Shown here: positions 9,451 to 19,051 of the stretch, piece by piece
Numbering within the stretch: position 1 is the stretch's first letter
Layout of the letters: every line of letters begins with the position of its first letter
Assembly: GCA_001775095.1 (NCBI GenBank)
Contig: MFCA01000029.1
Location: 55,975 to 119,974, forward strand
Length of the DNA: 64,000 nt
From: Candidatus Curtissbacteria bacterium RIFOXYA1_FULL_41_14
GTDB lineage: Bacteria > Patescibacteriota > Microgenomatia > Curtissbacterales > GWA2-41-24
Reading direction: 5' to 3'
Position numbers and translations under genes: made by a program
Notes under the pieces: model-generated
Databases searched by the model: none
Seen by the model: only the letters and a program-made list of their open reading frames with translations
Told to the model about the DNA's origin: nothing

Positions 9451-10535
9451 TATCTCTCGAGTTCTTCTATAAAGTGCTTTTTCGAGAATCTCGTCGCGTT
9501 CTTCCTGCAAACTTGTATCTTCCATTTTACCCTACTTAATCTTCCAATTGCATCTTGGAGTGCTTGCGCCGATTGATTATCAAATAAAATTCCAGTTCTG
9601 CCATCTTCGACAGTCTCACTGACACCGCTTTGCCTATAAGCAATTACCGGAATACCACAGGCTTGTGCCTCTACTGCAGCAATACCAAAATCTTCTTCCT
9701 GGGTCACTATCAGGGCCTGGCAATTTTGATAAAGTTCGCGAAGCTGCTCTCTTGTTACTCTGCCAAGAAACTCAATATCTCCTGTCCTGTCATCTCGAAC
9801 CAATCTTTTAAGTCTCGATCTATCCGGTCCCTCCCCGACTATTTTTAGACTTTTTCCCATATTAGATATTGCCTTAATTGCTATATCAATCTTTTTCCAT
9901 TTCACGAGTCTGGTGACCACTAGGAAATAATTTTGACTTTTAAGTTCCCAGTTGTGAACTTTGGCAACCTGGAAAAAATTTAGGTCAACGAACGGATAAA
10001 TTACTTCGGACTCTCTTTCGTAAAATTTTTTAATTTTTTTGCTAATATTTGCCGAATTCGCGACAAACAAATCAGGTCGACAGGAGGATACTTTATCCCA
10101 TCTTTTGAGCCATATTAAGATTGGCTTAAAAATGAGTCTTAACATAATTGGTAAATAATCAGCCTGAGCTTTGCGCCCGTATAAAAATCTTGGAATACTG
10201 TTCATATAGCAAATATGCATCGTTCTGGGTTGAGTAATAATTGATTTGGCGAAGCGGGTAGTTGAGGAGATTACAAGATCGAATTCATTGAAATTAAAAC
10301 TCTCAAATGCCAATGGGTAAAGTGGTAAAAGAGCTTTATACAATTTGGCAGCAAAAGGAATTTTCTGCATCCAGGAGGGCCGGATTCTATCCCGGTTTAT
10401 TGTGGAAGGTAATTTCTTCCAATCAACGAAGGAGGTATAGATTGGAGCTTTGGGCCAAATGGAAGCGATGGTAGCAAACAGACTCTCCGCTCCTCCGGCT
10501 TGAACGAAGTCATCGTGTACAAGGGCTACTTTCAT
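9390..10535 (-). CDS. GT4 glycosyltransferase (WbaZ-like mannosyltransferase)
   Basis: KVALVHD...GGAE; EEDFGIAAVEAQACG.PVIA. Confidence 0.9.
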   Translation of the reverse strand: MKVALVHDDFVQAGGAESLFATIASIWPKAPIYTSFVDWKKLPSTINRDRIRPSWMQKIPFAAKLYKALLPLYPLAFESFNFNEFDLVISSTTRFAKSIITQPRTMHICYMNSIPRFLYGRKAQADYLPIMLRLIFKPILIWLKRWDKVSSCRPDLFVANSANISKKIKKFYERESEVIYPFVDLNFFQVAKVHNWELKSQNYFLVVTRLVKWKKIDIAIKAISNMGKSLKIVGEGPDRSRLKRLVRDDRTGDIEFLGRVTREQLRELYQNCQALIVTQEEDFGIAAVEAQACGIPVIAYRQSGVSETVEDGRTGILFDNQSAQALQDAIGRLSRVKWKIQVCRKNATRFSKKHFIEELERYVSQVSEVPQVSEVPQVSYA

Positions 10536-10541
10536 GGGGTA

Positions 10542-10569
10542 ATTATATCAACTGTTTTAGTGATACACT
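10542..10569. promoter_or_regulatory. Back-to-back extended -10 promoters: TGATATAAT-N6-ATG (minus, 10535) and TGATACACT-N6-ATG (plus, 10576)
   Basis: Both have TGn plus a hexamer exactly 6 nt before the start codon, with no SD. Confidence 0.65.
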
Positions 10570-10575
10570 AAATAT

Positions 10576-10770
10576 ATGGTCCGGGGGGTTGTAAGTTTGT
10601 TATTGCTTTTGATTACAATTATCATATTAGCTTTAATTTTTATTTTGGCAAATCCTTTCTCCGCAAGTAAAAACGAGGCAACTAGCCCACAAAAAATTCA
10701 AGAAACTCAAGATGTAATTGATAATTATCAGCAAAAATCTCTAGAAAGACAAACGATAGAAGTCGAGTAG
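10576..10770 (+). CDS. Small membrane protein with a possible class III (pilin-like) signal
   Basis: MVRG followed by a hydrophobic stretch of about 20 residues; has its own promoter. Confidence 0.65.
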   Translation: MVRGVVSLLLLLITIIILALIFILANPFSASKNEATSPQKIQETQDVIDNYQQKSLERQTIEVE

Positions 10771-10783
10771 AAGACAAAGATTT

Positions 10784-11569
10784 TCATCGAATTCCAAAGA
10801 ACTTTTCTTTTAGTTCAGCAAGAGACAAGTTTCCAATAACTCTTTGTTCTCCAAATAATTCTATAGCCTTCAGTAATAATTCCCATTGCTCGTGAGGTTC
10901 CAGTTGTACTGCAAGGGTTCTTTGTTGCAAAATGGCGGTTTTTAAATCTCCATTATAACCAGTTATCGCACTTCCACAGGTATATCTATGTCCATCTGAG
11001 CTCGCAATTGCTGCGCCTATTGATCTATTTTGCCGATAATGTGAATAAAAAAATTGTGCTGCAATATTTGTGTCCTGAATCCTATCGTTCCTAAGAGATT
11101 GGTATTGAACTCCTGCATTACATACCTCGAAACCGTCGAAATAAACCCCTTCAGCCCTGCTCTTCATAATGTCTATAATTCTTTCATCTGTCAACGAACT
11201 GACTCTAAAGAATGGGTGGGGAGCAATAGTCAATCCTCCTTGTTCGTGGATAGCACAAAGGGTTTGTTCGAGTGTTATATTTCTTTCGATCGGCCCTTTA
11301 AGAAACAACCCGACTACATGTCCGTCTTTTGTTCTTACTTCTGTTCCGACGATAACTTGAATTTCTAATCCTTCTCTTTGTACATGTTCATGTGCTGCTA
11401 GCGCAGGTTTAGTAGTATGATGATCAGCTATTGCAATAGCTGAAAGTCCTATGCTTTGTGCAAATTCAACAGCTTGTTCAGGAGTCATCTTCCCGTCAGA
11501 ACCTGTTGTGTGGACATGAAGATCTGCAAAATGAGTTGTATCAATCGGTCTTCCGAGAACTTCTTTCAT
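10784..11569 (-). CDS. PHP-domain metal-dependent phosphoesterase (TrpH/YciV-like)
   Basis: DLHVHT.GSDG, AIADH, GTEV, GHV, APHP, SSDGH. Confidence 0.88.
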   Translation of the reverse strand: MKEVLGRPIDTTHFADLHVHTTGSDGKMTPEQAVEFAQSIGLSAIAIADHHTTKPALAAHEHVQREGLEIQVIVGTEVRTKDGHVVGLFLKGPIERNITLEQTLCAIHEQGGLTIAPHPFFRVSSLTDERIIDIMKSRAEGVYFDGFEVCNAGVQYQSLRNDRIQDTNIAAQFFYSHYRQNRSIGAAIASSDGHRYTCGSAITGYNGDLKTAILQQRTLAVQLEPHEQWELLLKAIELFGEQRVIGNLSLAELKEKFFGIR

Positions 11570-11572
11570 GCG

Positions 11573-12361
11573 TTAAGAATGTGCCGCAACAAAAGCGATG
11601 GCAAGTGAATCATTTGGAACAACTAAAATTGACCAATCAGTCAGAGAAAGAGCTTTTGCTCTTTCCAATGCCTTTCCAACAAGATTAACGGAAAAACTAT
11701 TTCCTGATTCTGGTCTAATTTCAACATCTTTTCGACCTACTCCCTGCTTGAATCCAGTTTCAAGAACTTTTACAACTGCTTCTTTACTGGCCCATCTGAT
11801 CGCTAATTCTTGAGGATCCTCCTGGCTATCATCAACTTCTCTCTCAGAAAAAACAATAGCATAGAGTCGGTTTCTACTTTTTTCCATTAATTCTCTAAAT
11901 CGGTCATTTGATGTAACATCCACACCGATTTGCAGCGATCCTTGGAAATTTTCAGGTATCGCGGCTGCAAATCCAATTGCTATTCCCTCATCATGGCTGA
12001 TACTTAGTCTATACTGCGAAAACCCTTTATTCCGAATTATATCTTTAGATTCTTCTCCTATTTGCACAACAGGTTGTCCTGTTTCTGACGGATGGATGTT
12101 AATGTCGGTCCAGTTTAATCCAGTACCCACTGCCCTCATTAAAGCAACTTTAGCGGCAAACCTACCGGCGAGACGATTGAGTCTGTTTTTACAATATAAA
12201 AGCTCTTCCTCAGTAAGATACCGTGCAAGAGAATGATCGGGAAGATTAAGATACCCCACGCCATAAACCCACAAATTTACTCCCTCCCCCAATCTGAATT
12301 CATGGGATAAGCGTGTGTTTAAATACGCAGAAATTGGAGAGAATCTTGGTACTTCTCGCAT
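11573..12361 (-). CDS. Tandem two-domain AcpS-like 4'-phosphopantetheinyl transferase
   Basis: Domain 1: LAGRFAAKVA...GTG..WTDINI...GQP...LSISHD. Domain 2: IGVDV...VFSERE...LAIRWASKEAVVKVL.TG...KDVEI. Confidence 0.8.
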   Translation of the reverse strand: MREVPRFSPISAYLNTRLSHEFRLGEGVNLWVYGVGYLNLPDHSLARYLTEEELLYCKNRLNRLAGRFAAKVALMRAVGTGLNWTDINIHPSETGQPVVQIGEESKDIIRNKGFSQYRLSISHDEGIAIGFAAAIPENFQGSLQIGVDVTSNDRFRELMEKSRNRLYAIVFSEREVDDSQEDPQELAIRWASKEAVVKVLETGFKQGVGRKDVEIRPESGNSFSVNLVGKALERAKALSLTDWSILVVPNDSLAIAFVAAHS

Positions 12362-12367
12362 TGACGT

Positions 12368-12373
12368 ATTTTA
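12368..12373 (-). promoter_or_regulatory. -10 box TAAAAT 6 nt before the ATG of the AcpS-like gene (leaderless)
   Basis: TAAAAT-acgtca-ATG on the minus strand. Confidence 0.5.
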
Positions 12374-12394
12374 CTATCTCTTTCAAGGAAGAGC

Positions 12395-13576
12395 CTAGAG
12401 GCTGTATTGTACATAAACCTTAAGTGTCTCTCTGGCCATCTTAAGCCAAGAGTATTTTTGCACTTGTTCCAAGCCCTTTACTACGAGGTCGGACCTCGTA
12501 GTTGTATCTGTGAGGACTTTTTGGATTTTTCTGGATATATCTTTTGGATCCTCTGGATCGAAATACAATGCGGCATCCCCGTAGATTTCTTTAAGTGTCG
12601 GAATGTTTGAACAAACTGCCGGAAGGCCCGCGGCCATGGAATTAAGACCGGGAATTCCAAACCCCTCCGAAAGTGATGGGAATACATAAGCTTGGGCAGA
12701 TCTTAAGACTTCTGATAATTCTTTTGGCGGAATATAGCCAGTCAGGACAACTCCCTCCTCTAATCCTAGATTCTTTATCCTTTCTTTTAGGCGTTGCCAG
12801 AAAATATCCCGAGGACAGACAAGGATTAAGTGCAGCTTGCGCTCACCCCAGGGGTGTTTTTCTATTCTGTGAACCGTTGACTGTGAACCGTGAACTAAAA
12901 TCTTGAAAGCTTGCAGTAACCGTTCAAGATTTTTGTGTGGATAAGCATTCCCTATATAAATGATAAAAGGCTGATTAATATTGTATTTCTCCAAAAACTT
13001 TGAACTTTGAACTTTGAACTTTGAACTTGTTCGGAAGTATTCCTCTTCTGCCGCTTCGTATGTTACGACGATTTTCGCAGGATCAATTCGAAAAGTCCTA
13101 ACAATCTCGTCCTTAACAAAATTCGAGGGGGTGAGGATTTTTTGAGAATCTTTGACAGCATGATTAATAACATGTCGATAAGCAAACCTTTTAATTTTAA
13201 AAATGTAAAGATTCCGAGTCGTTGCGGATTCTTGTCTAAATCGATGATGGATCAGGTCATGAATTGTTACTATGAATTTACCTCTGTAAAAAACAGGCAC
13301 GTTAAAATGAGTAAAGTGTAAAAGATCTAAATTCTGGTTTGAAAAAATTTTTGGTAATTTAATTTGCTCTTTGAGAGAATACCAGGGGATATCTGCTAAA
13401 ACCTTTTTGAAATTTTTGGATTTTAACCTTAGCCAATCCCAGTTAGACCGGCGCAGAAAAATAACATACTGATTATTGTCATCTAAAATTGCGAGATTTT
13501 CGATAAGTTTTTCAGTATATTTACCAAGACCTGTACCTTCCGGACCGACAAACCTCGCATCAATACCAATTCTCAT
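12395..13576 (-). CDS. GT4 glycosyltransferase carrying in-frame repeat insertions
   Basis: MRIGIDAR start at 13576; TIHDL; HKN; FPSLSEGFGIP. Confidence 0.9.
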   Translation of the reverse strand: MRIGIDARFVGPEGTGLGKYTEKLIENLAILDDNNQYVIFLRRSNWDWLRLKSKNFKKVLADIPWYSLKEQIKLPKIFSNQNLDLLHFTHFNVPVFYRGKFIVTIHDLIHHRFRQESATTRNLYIFKIKRFAYRHVINHAVKDSQKILTPSNFVKDEIVRTFRIDPAKIVVTYEAAEEEYFRTSSKFKVQSSKFLEKYNINQPFIIYIGNAYPHKNLERLLQAFKILVHGSQSTVHRIEKHPWGERKLHLILVCPRDIFWQRLKERIKNLGLEEGVVLTGYIPPKELSEVLRSAQAYVFPSLSEGFGIPGLNSMAAGLPAVCSNIPTLKEIYGDAALYFDPEDPKDISRKIQKVLTDTTTRSDLVVKGLEQVQKYSWLKMARETLKVYVQYSL

Positions 13577-13589
13577 ATATCCCCCTCTT

Positions 13590-13622
13590 GTCATCCTGAG
13601 GAAGCAAAGCGACCAAAGGATT
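13590..13622. repeat. Half copy of the GTCATCCTGAG...AGGAT palindrome family
   Basis: Similar to the elements at 712 and 19851. Confidence 0.55.
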
Positions 13623-13645
13623 TGATTTTATGGACGCAATAGCGG

Positions 13646-14533
13646 TCATGCTGACATAATTCTGATTCTCAATAAAATCTTCAAAGAAATTAATACCAGC
13701 CAATTAATAAAAAATGGGTATTTTAAAAGATAATGTTTTTTATAAAAAATCTCCATTGCTCTGACTGATTCTGTAAGGGCCCGCTTTTTTGAATCTATAG
13801 ATGCTTTTGTCAGGTGCTGAGATGTTTGTTTCATTCCGGAGGCGGCCCCTTTGTAGTGGATAATTTTGGTTCTTGGAGTGTACATAATCTTGTATCCGGC
13901 GTCTTTAAATCGCCAACACCAATCAAGATCTTCGCCATAAAAGAAAAAATCCTCATCAAATAGGCCGACTTTTTTAACTATAGATTGTCGAACCATCATA
14001 AAAGCACCAACGCAGGAATCTATCTCGTGTTCAGTTGCAGGTGATAAATACCCAAAATAGTATTGATTGAATAACTTAGAATGGGGAAATAATTTCGCCA
14101 GTTTTGAAAAATGACAAAAAGCTCGCCATGGAGTCGGAAAATGCCGGCGACAATCGCGATCTATCTGGCCGTTAGGTAGTTCAACTCTACAGGTAGAGAC
14201 CGCAATTTTCGGGTCTTTTTCCATAAACTTAATCATTTCTGAAATAGTGTCAGGGGCCAGTTTTGTGTCCGGATTTAATATCAGCACATATTTTCCCTTT
14301 GCAAGCTTTAATGCCTGGTTATTGGCTTTGGAAAAACCTAGATTTTTTTTATTTGCTATTAGCTTAATCTGAGGATAATCTTTCTTGATCATCGCGGCCG
14401 TATTATCAGAAGAATTATTGTCGACGACGAATATCTCTGTCTGAAATTCTTTGGAAGAACCGATAACTGAATTTAGGCAAGATTTGAGAAGTTCTTTTGT
14501 ATTGAAAGAGACGATGATGATAGATAAATCCAT
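13646..14533 (-). CDS. GT2 glycosyltransferase (WbbL-like)
   Basis: SIIIVSFN, VDNNSSD, NLGFSKANN, LNPD, FDEDFFFYGEDLDWC. Confidence 0.9.
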   Translation of the reverse strand: MDLSIIIVSFNTKELLKSCLNSVIGSSKEFQTEIFVVDNNSSDNTAAMIKKDYPQIKLIANKKNLGFSKANNQALKLAKGKYVLILNPDTKLAPDTISEMIKFMEKDPKIAVSTCRVELPNGQIDRDCRRHFPTPWRAFCHFSKLAKLFPHSKLFNQYYFGYLSPATEHEIDSCVGAFMMVRQSIVKKVGLFDEDFFFYGEDLDWCWRFKDAGYKIMYTPRTKIIHYKGAASGMKQTSQHLTKASIDSKKRALTESVRAMEIFYKKHYLLKYPFFINWLVLISLKILLRIRIMSA

Positions 14534-14537
14534 AATA

Positions 14538-14690
14538 AATTTCTAATTTCTAAATCCTAAATCCTAAATCCTAAACAAATTCAAATGACCAAAATACATA
14601 ATTCAAAACAAATCTTAATTTTTTGGTTTATTTGAACATTTGAATTTTGATATTGTTTAGAGTTTAGATATTAGAGTTTAGGATTTTTAT
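14538..14690. repeat. Intergenic heptamer-period inverted element
   Basis: Near copy of 8075-8232 with one extra AAATCCT unit. Confidence 0.85.
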
Positions 14691-14701
14691 TAGTTATTAG
14701 G

Positions 14702-15892
14702 TCAATTTTTTCCTCCTACTTCCTGATATACTCGGTCGAGCTCTGATGATATCTTCTTCCAGTCATACTGACTTTTTACCAATTGATAGGCTCTGCTTGC
14801 TAATTCCTGCCCAAGTTTAGGGTTTTTTAAAACTTCTAAGGTCTTTGCTGCTAAGTCACTGGCAGTTTCGGCAACAAAAGCTTCTTTACCGTTTCTTATA
14901 TGGATTCCCTCAACCGCTAGCTTGGAACCTATAATTGGGGTATTAGTAGCCATTGCTTCTAGAATTTTATATTTCGTGCCACGCCCGTTGCGTATGGGCG
15001 CCAAAAGAACGTCAGCTTTTGCATAGGCAAGTCTGACATCTTCAACTTCCCCATCCACCTGGACGTCGGGGCCTGTAAATTTAAGAATATCTAAAGGGGG
15101 ATTCCTACCTACTATCCAAAGTTTGGCGGTCTTAATCTGACTTTTTATCTTTGGCCAAATCTCCTCTACCAAAAATTTGGTAGCATCACGATTTGGCAAC
15201 CATTTGAACTGTCCAACAAAAAGGACAGTTGGACTTTTCGGTTTTAGTTTCTCGGTTTTTGCAAAATAATCTATATCAACCCCGTTGGCAATTACATCTA
15301 CCTTCAGGGGACTGTGATTTTGGATAAAAAGACGGTCATCATCAGACATTGCGGCTAGTCTTTTGGCCTTCCTCCAATAATATCTTTCCCACCATTTAAT
15401 CTTGAAAACATCAGCGAGAAGAAAAGGTTTAATAAAAAACATCCATAACGGTAAGCCCTTTACAAAACTTTGGTATACGAGATATTCAATGACTTGTTCA
15501 ACTAAAAAAATGGGGATTTTGGTTTGGGGAATATTAGGCATTACGTAGAAAGTCTCAGCATGGATAAGATCGTAGTTTTCACTTTCTAATTCACGTTTGA
15601 TTTTACTTCTGACAGAAATATCAAAATAGATGCTTACTAAAAAAGGGAATGGAGTTATTCCGGCTAGTATTATATTTACGGGAGACCAAGCTTTTCTTCT
15701 TTTAAAAATAATTATCTTGCGACAAAAAGGCATGAGTTCATTCAAATATTTTCTCTCGGCATCTTCGCGAATGAATGAGGCTAAAGTGATTTGATGCTTT
15801 GGGGCCAGATTTTTAAGTAAATTATATGTACGAATTTGTCCGCCGGAAACTAAGGGATAAGGGAGATATGGTGTGATCATTAAAATTTTCAT
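14702..15892 (-). CDS. GT4 glycosyltransferase
   Basis: PYP..SGGQIR, NGVD, GTKYKILEAMA. Confidence 0.88.
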   Translation of the reverse strand: MKILMITPYLPYPLVSGGQIRTYNLLKNLAPKHQITLASFIREDAERKYLNELMPFCRKIIIFKRRKAWSPVNIILAGITPFPFLVSIYFDISVRSKIKRELESENYDLIHAETFYVMPNIPQTKIPIFLVEQVIEYLVYQSFVKGLPLWMFFIKPFLLADVFKIKWWERYYWRKAKRLAAMSDDDRLFIQNHSPLKVDVIANGVDIDYFAKTEKLKPKSPTVLFVGQFKWLPNRDATKFLVEEIWPKIKSQIKTAKLWIVGRNPPLDILKFTGPDVQVDGEVEDVRLAYAKADVLLAPIRNGRGTKYKILEAMATNTPIIGSKLAVEGIHIRNGKEAFVAETASDLAAKTLEVLKNPKLGQELASRAYQLVKSQYDWKKISSELDRVYQEVGGKN

Positions 15893-15893
15893 A

Positions 15894-17330
15894 CTACCTC
15901 CCTATACATTCTTTAAACATCTCGACAATGACATAATCTTGCGTTTGGTCAATAACCTTACAATGCTTGATAAGATTCTGAATACCGGCATCTGCAACAT
16001 CGACTGATACCAGATATTTAGTACCCTCATCTATAAATTTTTCAAGTGGCCTGTCGACGATGGGGTAGCCATGTCGATTTGTCTGATAAAGAAAAGCGGC
16101 ATCGCCGTTATAAGGTGCGATAACCGTGGCATCTTTTGGAAGAAGTTGATCAACAGCCTTGCCTGCTTTGACTATTTGCGGCTTGTTTATCCAATAAAAA
16201 CCGCGTACTTCAAAAGTGCCAAAAGCAAAGGTCAGAACAATTAAAATAATTGCGATGGGATAACTAATGATTCTGTTAAAAGACTGAGCCGGGAGGGCTA
16301 AAAGGTTTTTAGTGCCAACCGCCATAAAAATCGCAGCGATTGGAATAAACGGCACTTGATAGTAGTCGTGGCGAATATTACCGGATGCAAAAACCACGAA
16401 GTATATAGCTACAGAAGCCAGCCATGTAAGGTAAAATGATTTTTCCTGCAGCTGGGGTTTTTTTAAAATCCCTAAAACAAAGAGAGAGAAGCCAGGTACA
16501 GTCAAGATTAATTTTCCCATCCGCTCGGCGATCAACCAGCGAAAAAATGCGCCTTTAAAACGAATATTTCCCTCATTTAGAAGAAATCGCCAATTGGGAA
16601 TACCTTGGGGAAACTGAGTCATCCAAATACGCCATAAAACAAAAGGTAAAAGGGATAAAAGTGCAAATAGCCACAATTTGTAATTTCTGAAAAGCGAGAT
16701 TCCAAATTTATCATAGGCCAAATACAAGGCAGGCAAGAAGAAAAAAATGGCAATTGGCCAAGTGAGAATTGCTAAATTAGCAAAGACTATAGATAAAATG
16801 AACCAAATTAACTTTTGATTCTCGAGCCATTTTAAAAAAGTTAAATAAAGACCTAAAATCCCTAAAACCATCAGTGGTCCCGGCAAAACTGCTGAAGAAT
16901 AAAAAATGTTATATGGCAAGAAAGCGAAGAAAAATGCCGACAAGAGTGCAGTCTGAGTACCGGAAAAGTGTTTGACTAAAAAATATAGAAGAAGTGTCGA
17001 GATGAGAGAAATCACGACAGTAGTTAATCGTGCATAAGTCTCATTTACGCCAGTTATTGACCAAACGCCGGCCACAAGCGTGTTATAAGTAGGAAATTCA
17101 ACGAAACGATATCTTTGGGGATTATCAAGGCCGTTGGCTTGAGACGACATATCGTCATATCGAGGAATAAATGGATTAAAACCCTCCTTAATAAAATTTC
17201 GGGCAACCGCAGCAGTGTCTGCTTGTCTCCATGAATGCCAGTCTGCTATTGGCCGGTTAATTTTATAGAGGCGAATTACAAAGGCAAGAATCAGGATTAT
17301 TGAGAGGACAATAATTTCGACTTTTCTCAT
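15894..17330 (-). CDS. GT-C fold membrane glycosyltransferase (GT39/ArnT-like)
   Basis: Polytopic; WRQADT..VARNF first loop, EFP, HDYYQ. Confidence 0.75.
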   Translation of the reverse strand: MRKVEIIVLSIILILAFVIRLYKINRPIADWHSWRQADTAAVARNFIKEGFNPFIPRYDDMSSQANGLDNPQRYRFVEFPTYNTLVAGVWSITGVNETYARLTTVVISLISTLLLYFLVKHFSGTQTALLSAFFFAFLPYNIFYSSAVLPGPLMVLGILGLYLTFLKWLENQKLIWFILSIVFANLAILTWPIAIFFFLPALYLAYDKFGISLFRNYKLWLFALLSLLPFVLWRIWMTQFPQGIPNWRFLLNEGNIRFKGAFFRWLIAERMGKLILTVPGFSLFVLGILKKPQLQEKSFYLTWLASVAIYFVVFASGNIRHDYYQVPFIPIAAIFMAVGTKNLLALPAQSFNRIISYPIAIILIVLTFAFGTFEVRGFYWINKPQIVKAGKAVDQLLPKDATVIAPYNGDAAFLYQTNRHGYPIVDRPLEKFIDEGTKYLVSVDVADAGIQNLIKHCKVIDQTQDYVIVEMFKECIGR

Positions 17331-17335
17331 TTGTT

Positions 17336-17456
17336 AAACTCCAAACTCTAAACCCTAAATTCCAAATAATATCAAAATTTCAAATTTGAAGGTTTAGAGT
17401 TTTTGAATTTAGGCATCTGAATTTATTTGGAATTTGTGATTTGTGATTTGAGATTT
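17336..17456. repeat. Heptamer inverted element overlapping the stop codon and C-terminus (NLKSQITNSK) of the upstream gene
   Basis: AAACTCC AAACTCT AAACCCT AAATTCC ... ATTTGGA ATTTGTG ATTTGTG ATTTGAG. Confidence 0.75.
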
Positions 17457-19051
17457 ACTTTTGTTGTGGTTGCTAATTTAACTGTAGCCAAAAGTATGGC
17501 CACCATGATCCAAAAAGTGTAAGCTACCTTGGAGGCTTCAAAAACATCGATATAAAGAGAGTTAACAAGAAGACCTAAGGTGGCAGCGATCAAAGCGGCG
17601 ACGAGAGTCGAGGCAAAAGGATCGTTAATTTTTTTAAAGTTAACAAGAGAATACCAGATAATAAAGGCGATTATTCCAAAAAAGGCCAAAAATCCTGAAA
17701 GACCGGTCTCCCCAAGGGCTCTTAAAAAATCATTGTCCGTTGACTCAGCCTCTGTAAAATCTTCGATATTTCTTTTGGTTAAAGTTGAATAACCGGAGCC
17801 AAAAATCGGATTGCGGGTAAATCCTTTAATTGCTTGGGGCCAAGTGTAATCGAGACGGATTCCGGTTGACAGGTCGTATTGAACCGCAGCTTGTGAGTAA
17901 ACTCGGGGTTTTGCAGCCAGTGTGGCCGGCAAACTTTCCCCTTCTCCATATTCAGGGACGTCCTCATAAACGTCGGCAGGTACTGCACCAGTAACCGGCG
18001 ATCCAGTGGTTGGTTTTTGAGTAGTGGGAGGTGTATCCGATTTTGAGCCGACATCTTTTCCGATATCAAGATAAGCCGCTTGGGCTCCACCTGGAGGTTC
18101 CTTTTTAAGAGGTTTCAGAGCAAATGAGGTTTTGAACGCGTCTAATTTCAGGACATGGGCAAAACGGTCTGAAAGATCGCCAAAAGAAATCATGACAACA
18201 AGAGAAAAAACAATCACAATTGACCAGCGAGAAACACTCCAAAGCCAACCTCTCTTAAGGATCAATAAGCTAAAAACAATTGTTATCGAAACTAGATAGG
18301 CCAAAAAAGATGTTCGTGAAACGGTTAGAATCAAAAGCCAAAAGCCGGCCAGGCTAACAATCAAAAAAAGTAGCTTATGAGTGATTTTCTTAAGAATGGT
18401 AATTAGGGGAATGAAAATCGTCAGAACAATCATTAAATAGGCTGCTAAATCATAGTGGCCACCGAAAGTTGACAGTACCCTAGCATGCTCAGTCAGATAG
18501 AGTTTTACACCTTTGGAAAACTCTCGATTCATCGTCGAAAATGCCGGCCAATAAAGGTACTTTTGGCCGAATCCGTAGATCGAAACTCCCAAAAGGACAA
18601 CGGCAGCAAGAAAGATATATTTTTTTATCTGAGCTAACGATTTTATGGATGAGAAAAATATAAAAAAGACCGAAAAATATTCCACTCTTCTTATGAAATG
18701 CAAATAGAGTTTTTCCATATGAAGTGCCTGAACAGGAACAGTTTTAGTCCAAAAAAGGGCGGAAAGTGTAGAGAGAAAACCAACAATAACATAGACACCA
18801 ATGGGAATAAACAAGGGGTTACCTCTAAGAGTTACTTTTTTTCGGATAAGCCAGATTACCCAAATACCGAATGCTAGTGCTACTAAAAGATCATCCGGCC
18901 TAAGTCTTACTAAATAGCCGGGGATAAGGTCCGCAATCGGAATTTTGGGGTAAAGTGGAATAAAAATAAGAAGAGCAAGAGATAAATATTCAAGGATGTG
19001 ATCATCGAGCCATGTTAAACCAGGCTTAAACCGCCTTAAAAGCTTCGACAT
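17423..19051 (-). CDS. O-antigen ligase/polymerase-like (Wzy_C) membrane protein
   Basis: Polytopic; RVLSTFG, LTVSRTS, R...W..AI..F..NPIFGSG, ETG..G. Start MSKLL at 19051. Confidence 0.78.
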   Translation of the reverse strand: MSKLLRRFKPGLTWLDDHILEYLSLALLIFIPLYPKIPIADLIPGYLVRLRPDDLLVALAFGIWVIWLIRKKVTLRGNPLFIPIGVYVIVGFLSTLSALFWTKTVPVQALHMEKLYLHFIRRVEYFSVFFIFFSSIKSLAQIKKYIFLAAVVLLGVSIYGFGQKYLYWPAFSTMNREFSKGVKLYLTEHARVLSTFGGHYDLAAYLMIVLTIFIPLITILKKITHKLLFLIVSLAGFWLLILTVSRTSFLAYLVSITIVFSLLILKRGWLWSVSRWSIVIVFSLVVMISFGDLSDRFAHVLKLDAFKTSFALKPLKKEPPGGAQAAYLDIGKDVGSKSDTPPTTQKPTTGSPVTGAVPADVYEDVPEYGEGESLPATLAAKPRVYSQAAVQYDLSTGIRLDYTWPQAIKGFTRNPIFGSGYSTLTKRNIEDFTEAESTDNDFLRALGETGLSGFLAFFGIIAFIIWYSLVNFKKINDPFASTLVAALIAATLGLLVNSLYIDVFEASKVAYTFWIMVAILLATVKLATTTKVNLKSQITNSK

